The notes beneath the pieces are model-generated. The model did not search any database, was not told the origin of the DNA, and saw nothing but the letters and a program-made list of their open reading frames with translations. A stretch of 64,000 bases of DNA from contig NC_043002.1 of NCBI RefSeq assembly GCF_006345805.1, positions 27,032,001 to 27,096,000 of the forward strand. The letters are read 5' to 3'. The DNA is from Octopus sinensis (Eukaryota). Made by a program: the position numbers and the translations under genes. This document shows positions 53,153-64,000 of this stretch, one piece after another (the stretch's first letter is position 1; each line of letters opens with the position of its first letter).

Positions 53153-53200
53153 ACTGTAGCTGATGAAGCATAACTTTGCCGAAACTACGTATTGTACAGT
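53153..53200 (+). ncRNA. Type-I hammerhead ribozyme motif
   Basis: ACTGT-AG-CTGATGA-A[GCA TAACTT TGC]C-GAAAC-TAC-GTA-TT(GT)ACAGT: canonical core, bulged stem I, GUA triplet at 53189-53191; A.C mismatch at the base of stem II. Confidence 0.7.
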
Positions 53201-53330
53201 CCAATGTTGTCATTTACAAACCAATTCCGTGATTTTGCACATTCTGTTTTCTTAGGGAGTTTCTTTTCTGAGTCTGTTACCACAGCAATGATCTTCCCAC
53301 GCGAAATGAACACAAACTATTAAATATAAA

Positions 53331-53569
53331 GGGAAGGTTTACGAAAATAAACAAAAGACGAAGGCAAGTTTACGAAAATGAACAAAAGACGAAGGCAGGT
53401 GGAGTACAAACAAATAATTGTATTAGTATGGCGCTCAGGAATAGAAATAAAACAAGTCTTTTACGTTTCGAGCCTACGCTCTTCGACAGAAAAATACACA
53501 GAAAAGAAACAAAGAGAGAAACAAGGAGAGAAAAGAAATGCGTGTAGGAGCTAACGATCCAACATGGCA
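53331..53569 (-). mobile_element. Short PLE 3' end, family B, with a ~30-bp terminal duplication
   Basis: Reverse complement aligns with 2433-2635; GTTTACGAAAATxAACAAAAGACGAAGGCA occurs twice. Confidence 0.7.
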
Positions 53570-54610
53570 TATACGCAAGATGTTTTCACTTAAATGAATA
53601 GATAAAAGCAGCTGGGCTGGTTCAAGTAAAGGTTTTTGTTAAACTAAGCGACGAAGAAATTAGCTTTCGAACAATGTAATATTGTGTCAGTGGGTTAAAA
53701 TCTGTTACATATTATATGAAAAAATAATTATTTTATATCAATGTTAGATAGTTCACACAGATCTTCATAACAGAAATTTAGTTATAGAAATACCATTCAA
53801 CATCCGTTATCATATATCATACGTTCATACTAAATCGATATGCTGTCAAGCTCAAGTAAATAATGTTATAATTTAATATCTGGAGGGAAGCTGAATGGGA
53901 GAAACAAAAACAGTTTTTACTAACAGACATTAAGAATCTATTTCTTTCCAGTTATTGAAAACCTCCCTCAGGTATTCTAATGAAAATTCTACCAGCATGG
54001 GTGGCTATATTTTGCAATCATTTACACTAGTTCATCCAAAGTTTCTGTTAAACTATTCTTTTGATTAACTCCAATCAGTGTTTACGCTCACCTGTCTGAA
54101 CCTAATAATAATGGTGGTGGTGATGACAATGATGATGGTGATGAATATGATGATGACGATGGTGGCGATGATGATGACGATGAAGAAGTTGATGAAGATG
54201 ATGATGATCATATCAATAATAATAATAATAATACTCTGCAGAACCGAAGGGGTGCGAAGATCCTTTCATTTCAATGGCTGACCCCTCTACCGTCTGCCGA
54301 ATCTATTTATAGACCTGTAGAATATGATCTATTCACCAATCTGATGCCTAACTACAATGACAGTGGTGGTGATGGTGATAATGAAACAAAAATAATGATG
54401 ATATGCTGCAGTTGCTGACACTCAATACTACAAATACTACAATAATACTACAACTACTACTATTATGATAGCACAGGAATCTGAGGCTCACCTACCATCC
54501 TTACCACTACACAACCCCTGCTGCTGTCGCTGTTGCTACAACCACTGCTACTACTACACGTAAAAACAATAATACCAGGGATATCAGTAATGATAATAAT
54601 AATAATAATG

Positions 54611-57600
54611 AAAGGAAACGGGTGGAGTTTCGTTATAAGGTCATCATGATACATCTAGTGAAGGTAATTGCGCAACCTGATAATCGCTACCTCATATGAG
54701 TGACAGTGAAAACATAAAATATTGTGAATAACGGTGGGAATGACACTGAAGCCAGTGATGGTGACGGTGTTACACTCGGTAGACTCAAAGATTCTAGTCC
54801 GGCTCCAGCCTGTTGATAACCAGAAGGGGACACCACACACGGCGTAGATGGAGAAAGCAAATAAATGCTGTGGTCATGGAGTGTTACTATCTGAGCAACA
54901 TGGTAGATGAAAATGGTGCCCATATTAGGGGTTACGACAACGTATGTATGATCATTGGAAAGAAAAGGGATTGTTTCAAATGACGAAAGAGAGACTATAT
55001 GAACAAGCTAGAGCAATAAGAAAAAATTATTGGTTCGCAGAAGTAGAGCTCGAAGCTGTCAAAAGACGGGTCATGGACAATAGCAGCATAGATAAGAATG
55101 AAAACACAGTTCTTACTAATAACAGTACTCTCATAGCACAGGAAAGGAGCAGTGGTAGTTTACTTGATGAGAGACATATAAATGATCTAAAAGAAGACGA
55201 TAAATCTAATAGCGACATGACAGATGAACAAAAGGCAATCTACGACAGAATAAAGGTAAGACTACAAGAGAACGATAGCAACATTATTTGCAACCTTAAA
55301 AAAGGTTGATCGATGGAAATTGAACCAAGAAACGAAAAATGTCAATGAAATTCTGAAATACATTAGAACAAACAACATCACAGAAACAAATAATTTGATC
55401 AAGGCAGCGAGTATTGTTGTAGCAGAAAACGTCAAGAATAAGAAACATAATGTGAGTGACAAAAGAAAATATCCATGGAGGAAAAGAAGAATCTAGACAG
55501 GGTTAGACATACTCTCGAAGGAAATGTCTGTGTTAAACCGAAAAGAGAAAGGGGAGCTTAAAACCGAACAAAAATACAGGGCTCTGAAAAGGAAGTATAA
55601 TATTGAAAGAAAGGCCCTGAAAGTAGTAGAAGAGGAACTGAACAGCGCCTCGTTGCAAAGAAAGCAAAGATGGTAAGATACGACCAAAGAATGAAGGGTT
55701 TCTACCTGAATAGGTAATTCAGGGTAGATTAGAAGAGATTCATTAAAGAAATCAATGGAGGATGTACATGTGAAAAGGTGATACCAGAAAACATTGAAAG
55801 TCAAAGGATTTGGAGTGGCATCTGGAGCAAAGACAAGGAGCACAAGAAGGATGCTGAATGGTTGCAAGAACTGAAACAAACAGTTGTCTGTCCAAAACAA
55901 GCAGAACTAGTCATTTCAGTTAGGGAAGTGAAGGAAATCAGCAAAAAAAAATTAACAACTGGAAGGCCCCAGGACCAGATGGAGTTCAAGGCTACTAGAT
56001 CAAAAGATTTGGTGAATGTCATGCTGAAATAGCTGCACAACTCAACATCTTGTTAAATGCCGACCAAGCAACACCAGAGCGGTTGACATTGGGTAGGACA
56101 GTGCTGTGCCTGAAAAACATCGAAAAGGCAATACGGTAGACAATTACAGGCCGATATCCTGCTTGTCACTTATGTGGAAGTTATTGACTGGAATACTCGC
56201 AGAGTCAATGTACGAATATCGAGTAAAAATGGTGTCCTGCCACCTGAGCAGAAGGGTTGCAGGCGTAAGAGCAGAGGTGCCAAGGATCAACTCCTGATAG
56301 ATAAAACTGAACTGACACACTGCAAGAGGAGGATAACTTAGCCATTTCATGGATCGACTGTCGTAAGGTGTACGATATGATTCCACATTCTTGGATTATG
56401 GAGTGAATGAACCTGTTTGGTATTGCATCGAATGTTGAGCGATTGCTTGGAAACAGTATGGCGAAGTGTAAGACGGACCTGACAGCATACAAAAGAAGTT
56501 TAGGGACAGTAGAAATTAGGAGGGTCATCTTCCAAGAGGTCTGCCTGTCTCCACTGATTTTTGTATTGTGCTTGATACCACTGACACTGATTCTAAGGAG
56601 AGCAAAAGCTGGGTGTGTATTCAAAGCCACCAAAAAACGTCAACCATTTGTTATTCATGGATGGCCTCAGACTTCATGGTATAGATGAAGCGCAAGTCAG
56701 TTCCCCCGTTGATACGATGTATACCTTCAGTGTTGATATCAGAATGGGGTTCGGACTGAGAAATTAGTGTGTGTTAGTATTGAAGAGAAGCAAAATCAAA
56801 TGTATGGATGGACTAACGATAACGTCGGGGGTGGGGGTTATGAAGCAGATAGAAGAGACGGGCTATAAGTACTTGGGGATTTGGAACATGGATAAATTAA
56901 TGGAGAAAGAAATGACAGAAACATTTAAGGTGGAATACTTACGCAGATTGATACTGTTCCTTAAGTCGAAATTAAACGGACGGAATAACATAGAAACTAT
57001 CAACACCTGGGCGGTTTCACTCCTTAGATATGGATCAGGGGTAATCGCATGGACAGTCGACGAACTAAACAGTTTAGACAGAAAGACAAAGAAGTTACTG
57101 ACTAGATTTGGGTCACTGCGCCCAACAAAGGACACAGACAGACTGTATGTACTAAGAAAAAGAGGGGGAACAGGAATTATTGGATGCTAACACAGCATTA
57201 GAGCAGAACAAAACAACATAGCATGTATGTAAAAAATACCACAGAACCGCTATTATTACAAGTAGGAAGGACAGGCTTGTGTAGGATGAAAGATTACAAA
57301 GATAAAGCACTATACAAGAAATTGAAAACGAATAAAACTGAAAATACGTGGGTAAAGAAAAGAATGCATGGTCAGTTTCATAGGCATGTTGAAGATAAGA
57401 CAGACAGAAAAATGATCGTTGTGGATGACAAAAACTGATTTTAAACCGGAAACGGGGGCTCTAATCTGCGCTGCTGAAGAGCAATCAATAAGAGCAAACT
57501 ACATAAAATGTAGAATAGACAACATAACAGAAAGAGATACGTGCAGAATCTGTGGACAAAAGGGTGAGACCAAATGGCATATTTCCAGCCAATGTAAGCC

Positions 57601-58200
57601 ACTAGCCCAGAAGGAATATAAAAGACGCCATGAGAATATAGCCAGGAGTGTCCATTGTACACTTTTCAACAAGTATGGACTTGACAGAGCAAAAAATTGG
57701 TACAAACACGAACCTGAATGCATTGTCGAAAATAGAAATGCAAAGATCCAATAAGATTTTATGATTCAGTGCGACCATGAGATTAAAATTAGAAAGCAGG
57801 GCATGGTTTTAATTGAGAAAGAAAACCAACTATGCTGGATCATAGACAATGCATGCCCAGCTGAAAACAAAGCATGCGATAAGGAAAAATGAAAAGTCGA
57901 GAGATATGACAGGTTAGCTTGGGAAGTTAAGCAGTCGTGGTCGATGAAAAAGGTAGCAGTAGTGACAATAAATGTCGGAGCCCTGGGAACAGTGAGCAAA
58001 ATATCTCAAGATGTACGTGGAACAAATAGGGGCTGCAATAACGGTGGAGGACTTACAGAAAACCGCTTGAAACCGCTCGAATACTCCGGAAGGTGCTCGA
58101 AAAATAAGAGGTGTTACCTTAGTTCAATGGTAGTGAATAGATGACACTGTAGTACACCTCCAGCATTAGAAGCTGTGCAAAGTCAACAACAACAATAATG
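54611..58200 (+). mobile_element. Near-full-length but inactivated R4/Dong-like RLE non-LTR retrotransposon
   Basis: N-terminal [86 protein letters not shown] knuckle, and RLE region IIDNACP..ERY..L..VGALG; many stops and frameshifts; (TAA)n 5' and (CAA)n/TAA 3'. Confidence 0.9.
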
Positions 58201-58208
58201 AGGATGAT

Positions 58209-58380
58209 GATAATCCTTTCTACTAAAGGCACAAAGCCTGAAGTTCGTGGGGAGGGGTACTCGTCCATTTAATCGACCTCAGTGTTTCACTGGTACTTAA
58301 TTTATCGACCCCGAATGGGTGAATGACAAATTTGACCTCAGCGAAATTTGAACTCAGAACATAGCCACGTGCGAAATACC
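58209..58380 (-). mobile_element. Family-1 SINE, 5' truncated
   Basis: TGGTACTTAATTTATCGACCCCGAA..GACCTC.GCG.AATTTGAACTCAGAAC. Confidence 0.75.
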
Positions 58381-60343
58381 AATAATTATAATAATAACAT
58401 GAAACCAAATTTTGAGAGCAGATGCAGAGTAGGAAGCATATATTTCTGATGCTAAAACTTTTTATCCGAAAAAATTTCTTTTAACATATCGTAATAATAT
58501 ACATGAAGAGCTGACAAAAACCTTTCCTACAGAATAAAGTCATAAAATAATTTTGATTGTAGTTTACAAGCTGACTTGAATCATAATAAAACGCAGGCGA
58601 AATACCATATTCCTTGGAGCAAGAACCGCAATTTTCGGAAGAATGTCATTACCCACAGCAACAGTTCTTGACTGCATCTTAATTTTTATTGAAATGATAG
58701 GCGAAGTTGTCCCTGTTGCGATATAAGTGTTCTATGCATCGTTATTTTAATCTCATCTTCTCTGGAAATTTGCCCTGTTCTTTGTCAAAGTATTCACTTT
58801 AGATTTTGGTTCCTTTTCTTAGTTTTGCAAACGGTTATGAATTTTATTTTGTTCAAGGGTAAGCCGTTTTTCTCCAGTAAATGTGTATCGATCCACACAC
58901 TCTATCAGTTTGTCCGTTTTCGCTATTTTCTCTTTCGAAGAAGTTTTAGTATCTCCCTAGAATTTATATGTTGCCCGTCATCATAAGTGTTTCGACGAGG
59001 TTGATGGTATTATGGGGAGTTCTTCCGGATAGTTTGATTTTCATTGTTGTTGCTACTGTGAGTGGATCTCATTGTTTTAATAAGTTGTAATAGAAAGTGG
59101 AGATCCTTAGTTCGCATGATTTATTTGTTGCCATTTGGAGAATTGTGCCGTGAGACTGACAACTTCCATGAATTGTAGGTTGATTTCATCCATCGTAGCT
59201 TTCAGGTAAAATAATCTTCCTCTTTTTCGTCTAACTTTGATTATGACAGACTGGTGTCTTTCCGATGATAACAATACCACCGGTATTTAGTTTTTTCAAG
59301 AAACTCGTCAATATACCGGAAATTTTGTTCGACAGAGCATGTGTGAAAGAGAATATTTTATTTATTTATACTATTGTTGCTGTTGTCAAACGATTTGTTG
59401 ATTATGATTATGTTGTGTTTTTCATTGTGGAATCCACTTTGTTTTTCTGAACTAGCAGACGAAATGAGGGAGACCTCAGTGTGGTAGATCAACATGTTTG
59501 AAATAACAGTTAAATATCTCAAAACATATTTTTTAGAAAATTTCGATTTTTTAATTCACATCCTCACCCAACTTTCGGAATGATTCCCATATCACACAAA
59601 TGTGATATGCATTAACATAGGTCCGAAACATATAATTCATTTTTGCGTACTTTGTTTACAAGAAGGCAAAATGCTATTTGTGTCCTCATTATATTGCTTT
59701 CAAAGGCATGGAAGAGTTTTAAACGCTTGAAATCATCTTTAAAACTCTATACCACAAAACCGTTTAAGTATTTATGCCAATATGGCGATTTAATGAGAAT
59801 ATTTAAAAATAAAGATTCATTATATACTTGATAGATACGTATTTTCAGATTCCTACCCCTTGGCTCGTCTTTTAATCTTCAAATATAATTTCATTCACAT
59901 CCAGTATCCTGCATGTAACATCTGAGGACAGATGCTCCCAGGTACACTGATACCAGAAATAGAATGGTAAAAGCTCTATGTTTGAAACTTATTTGTTCAA
60001 GAAGGTGATAATGCGAAAACTCGAGATGCTCTGAAGGTGTTTATCAGACCTATTTTGCTGTCCTGCTTTCTTACTAGCTTCATTTAATTCATCAAATGCG
60101 ACTTTATTGGTATTTTCTCCTTCGATTCAGCTTCCACATTGAAATAATTATGTAAATATGCATTCATCAGTCATAATCTCTCGCGTGAGATATTTACTCG
60201 GTAGAGTATGATTACATATAATTTACATACGCACGTTTGTGTGCGTGTGTATATATACACATACACAAACACACCGACCCAGGCAAACAAACGCAAAATG
60301 CATACACATACATGCGCAATCACACATGCATACACACATGCAT

Positions 60344-60374
<31 letters not shown>

Positions 60375-60393
60375 CGTACATACATACACACAC

Positions 60394-60445
<52 letters not shown>

Positions 60446-60582
60446 TATATATATGTATGTATGTATAGATATGTATATATATGTATAGATATGTATATAT
60501 ATGTATATATATATATATTATATATATATATGTATACGTATAGATATATATATATATATGTATAGATATATAGATATATATG

Positions 60583-60621
<39 letters not shown>

Positions 60622-60623
<2 letters not shown>

Positions 60624-61081
60624 ATTCGCAGAACACCTCCGTAGACATGAGATTCGGCAACGACACCTTGGTCTCGCGCCATTTTCGTAATACCGGTCAT
60701 TCTTTACAATACCTCTATGTGTTCGAATTGTCCTTGCAGAGAGGCCATGCAGACTCCCGTCTTCGCCGTGGACAGGGATTAACCTTCTCTCTTCGGTCTT
60801 TTGCGCAACACAGGCTCAAAGTTTCCTCCACTTCATCTATCCCTCCTCCCCTCTCCTCGCTTCCTCTCTCCCCTACTTACTCTTACCCACCTCTCCTCTC
60901 CTGCTCTGACACCTACCTCCCCTCTTCACTCTTCTCTCCCTGTTTATTTCTGTTTTCGCTTCTGTCGAAGAGCGTAGACACGAAACGTAAAAGACTTTCT
61001 CACTTACTGAGCGTTATACTAATACATCTGTTTGTTGTTTACACACCCGTCTTCGTCTTTTGTTTTTTTGTAAATTCTCAC

Positions 61082-61085
<4 letters not shown>
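60622..61085 (+). mobile_element. 5'-truncated PLE: GIY-YIG C-terminus plus family-B 3' end
   Basis: FAEHLR / [20 protein letters not shown]...SRLRR.Q.L.FSL matches the PLE endonuclease end; followed by a pyrimidine-rich UTR and a hammerhead-like motif at 60958-60993. Confidence 0.8.
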
Positions 61086-61137
<52 letters not shown>

Positions 61138-61607
61138 CACATAATGCCAATTGTCTTAGCTCTTAATATAAACTTAGACAATAAACTGCACAAGTATCCA
61201 TTTACCTACCCACCCTTATTAGTATTTTGATCCTCCACTATAATAATGAATGAATTTGTAACATACTTTACCATTCCATACTCATAGTTGGTTTGTTTCA
61301 CTTTAGTTTTTTCTAGACCACCTTAAGTCAGCTTTGGCGTATCTCCATTTAATTGGGACCCCCTATTGGATTTACTGATTTCACTATGCCTCCCCCACGC
61401 AAAACAAACTAATTATTTAACACTTTAATGCTAACTTTACTATCTACACCTTCCTTTAGTTATGTATTTGTTTGATCGTTGATATGCAGTTAGCACTTTT
61501 CTACGTGTTATTAATATTGTTATGTGTATTAATACTTGCATGGAGGATCAATTATTGAAACTGGCAAATGTATGTACCCATATATGTTTCATACAATATA
61601 CAGTATA

Positions 61608-62143
61608 TTGGGTTGTCCGGAAAGTTCCTGCCGATTTTTAAAGGAAACAATAAGGTCAATAAATACTTGCTATTCCATTTTTAATCAACCAAATATGAAC
61701 CATTTTGTTGCACAATGCGTTTTCATCTTTCTTTAACTTGAAAATATCCTCTTCCCAGAATTGAGGTTGTTTCACGGCAAAGAATTCATCAAGGTATCTT
61801 TTTACTTTATCCAAGGAATTGAAATTTTTACCATTAAGACTATTCTGCAGAGCCCTGAGTAAGTAGAAATCTGAAGGAGCAATATCTGGTGAATATGGAG
61901 TGTGGGGTAACACATCCCGACCGAGCTGCAGCTTTTTTGTCTGGTTCCCAAAGCATCTTCCAATAAAGGGTTACAGAATTAACACAGATTATAGGAACAT
62001 AAACCTTCTTCCACGAAAAGATAGCTTAAACTGTGCTCTAAATGGAAGTGTAGTCAAATCCTATTTTCTGAACTCAAACATGTTCTAAAATAAGTCGAAA
62101 GGTAAGCTATTATAAATCGGCACGAACTTTCCGGACAACCCAA
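61608..62143 (-). mobile_element. 536-bp internally deleted mariner element
   Basis: 30-bp TIRs TTGGGTTGTCCGGAAAGTTCsTGCCGATTT (1 mismatch), TA TSDs, retains LPHTPYSPDIAPSDFYL. Confidence 0.95.
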
Positions 62144-62489
62144 TAATTGTTTGGGTATAGAGACGTGTGTGTACTTGAGTGAATGGATGCTACATGCGAG
62201 TGTGCATACGTGTGAGTGTACATAGGTGTATATGTATATACATATATATATATATCTTTATGAGTATGCATATGCATGTATATGTATGTTGAATTTTTTC
62301 TAGTGTGTGAATGCATTATCAATTTGTAGTAAAAGCTTACATCTGTAAAAACAAATTGCAAGTATTTCAATTAAAAACTTTAACTATAAACTGTACTCAT
62401 TCATTTAATTAGTGATATCTACTTTTACTTATTTAATTGACCTTTAGGCTGACTGATTTATCGATTGTTTATCAAATTAGCTGTAAACT

Positions 62490-64000
62490 TAGTTAGTTAG
62501 TTAATTTGGCTCAAAAGCAAATAGCAAGGCCATGTAGGGGGACATGGAGTTAAGTACAGGGTGGCGTTCATGTAAAGAGTTCAGGCCACTTGAGGTCCAG
62601 GGAGGCTTTGAACAAAGCGGTCGTCGGCATCTTCACCATCTCGTCTGGCAGCTTGTTCCACGGATCCGCAACCCGGACGGAGAAAGCTCCTCTCCTTCGA
62701 TTGAGATGAAATCGTCGCAGGTAGAGCTTTTCGGAATGACCCCGCAGCCGACGCTCCGGAGCAGGAGTGAAGAACAGCTCTTTCGAGAGGTTACACTTCC
62801 CGCTTATGAGGTTGTGGGCGAGAATGAAATCACCACGGCGGCGGCGTTTTTCAAGAGAATAAAGGTCGAGCGTCCTCAGCCTTTCTTCGTAGGACAAATT
62901 TTTGAGACCATGAACCATGCGGGTAGCCAGCCTCTGGACTCTTTCGAGGTGCTGTATGTCTTTGAGGAGATAAGGAGAAGAGGCTTGAATCCCATAGTCC
63001 AATATGGGTCTCACCAGCGTGACATAGAGTGGCAGGAATATGGCTGCTGTGAGCATTCCGAATGACCGTCGAATCAAAAACAGAATTCCGCGCGCTTTGT
63101 TGGCAGCATGGACGCACTGGGCCGAAGGCGAAAAGGAGGAATCCAGCAAGATACCCAGGTCCTTTACCTGATCGGTCCTCTCCAGCAGCAGACGACCCGG
63201 CTCGAAATCAAGTTGAGTTGCAGGAGTAGAGCCGACAGGCAGATGACAGCACTTTGACACGTTCAGACACAGGTCCCAATCGTTAGACCACTTCCAAATT
63301 TGGTGGAGGCATCGACGAAGATCCTCTATACTACCGCGAGGAGCGACCAGTTTGATATCGTCGGCAAATAGAAGGGTGTGTTGCGTGAGGTCATCGGGCA
63401 AGTCATTTATGAAGACTAAGAACAACAAGGGCCCAAGCACTGAACCTTGAGGCACGCCACTGCTCGCACTGGAGACGTCGGACCGCGAACCATTAACTTG
63501 AACTTGGAAGGAGCGATCTGAGAGGAAGGCACCAACCCATCGTACAATATCCGGATGGAAACTATATGCTTGAAGCTTGACAAGTAGTAGGCGGTGGTTT
63601 ACCGTGTCAAAAGCTTTGGCAAAGTCCAATAAAACGATGTCAATAGCATCACTATCATCGAGGATGCGCGTCACCAATTCTTCCATTACTAGTAAGTTGG
63701 TCAAGCATGATCTCTTCGGCACGAAGCCGTGTTGGGAATCAGTGATCGAGGCTGTGTTTAGGAGGTGGAGCATCATACTTTTCTTAAGGATGGTTTCGAA
63801 CACCTTGCTGATTATTGATGTAAGGGAAACCGGTCGGTAGTTAAGCGGGTCTTCGCGCCTCCCTTTCTTGAAAATTGGGCAGATTATCGCTGTTCTCCAG
63901 TCTGCAGGTATAACACCCGTCGCCAATGACATATTGAATAGTCGTGTTAAGGGCTCGCAGATGACCGGAGCCAACGCTTTGATAACCCGTGGGTGTATGC
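62490..64000 (-). mobile_element. CR1-like LINE 3' part (continues beyond the window)
   Basis: Uninterrupted RT ORF, short 3' UTR, (TAAC)n tail near 62490-62503. Confidence 0.95.
62568..64000 (-). CDS. CR1-like ORF2 reverse transcriptase, partial, open to the window edge
   Basis: NYRPVSLTS, QHGF, DFAKAFDTV, GVPQGSVLGP, FADD, KDLG, RPILDY; no stops over more than 470 codons. Confidence 0.93.
   Translation of the reverse strand, partial: IHPRVIKALAPVICEPLTRLFNMSLATGVIPADWRTAIICPIFKKGRREDPLNYRPVSLTSIISKVFETILKKSMMLHLLNTASITDSQHGFVPKRSCLTNLLVMEELVTRILDDSDAIDIVLLDFAKAFDTVNHRLLLVKLQAYSFHPDIVRWVGAFLSDRSFQVQVNGSRSDVSSASSGVPQGSVLGPLLFLVFINDLPDDLTQHTLLFADDIKLVAPRGSIEDLRRCLHQIWKWSNDWDLCLNVSKCCHLPVGSTPATQLDFEPGRLLLERTDQVKDLGILLDSSFSPSAQCVHAANKARGILFLIRRSFGMLTAAIFLPLYVTLVRPILDYGIQASSPYLLKDIQHLERVQRLATRMVHGLKNLSYEERLRTLDLYSLEKRRRRGDFILAHNLISGKCNLSKELFFTPAPERRLRGHSEKLYLRRFHLNRRRGAFSVRVADPWNKLPDEMVKMPTTALFKASLDLKWPELFT

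Noticed and set aside
58500-59450. Possible decayed retroelement coding fragment
   Set aside because: No diagnostic motif could be reconstructed with confidence.
47747-63840. Antisense and alternate-frame ORFs overlapping the LINEs
   Set aside because: Shadow ORFs of GC-richer retroelement coding sequence with no recognisable motifs.

Overview
AT-rich, microsatellite-dense animal DNA made almost entirely of transposable elements; I found no host-gene exon that I can support. The SINE families resemble those I recall from octopus genomes (inference, not database-verified). Contents: three CR1-like LINEs, one Tx1/L1-like LINE, one R4/Dong-like LINE plus a second decayed RLE-type fragment, mariner/Tc1 remnants, several MITEs, a Helitron-like element, three tRNA-derived SINE families and a 1.3-kb AAAATTTT-based satellite. 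Penelope-like element (PLE) material is abundant. The standout is a ~6.3-kb PLE at 31876-38137. Its extremely AT-rich RT + GIY-YIG ORF (Hydra-clade-like) is followed by a ~3.7-kb non-coding tail. That tail holds inverted and tandem repeats whose differences are almost all G-U-wobble compatible on the + strand, a multi-hairpin core and a terminal type-I hammerhead ribozyme. Two more canonical hammerheads occur at 23422-23500 and 53153-53200, the latter ~230 bp downstream of an antisense 48-nt 18S rRNA fragment. Hammerhead-like motifs with variant cores sit in short PLE ends. All alignments and folds were done by eye.
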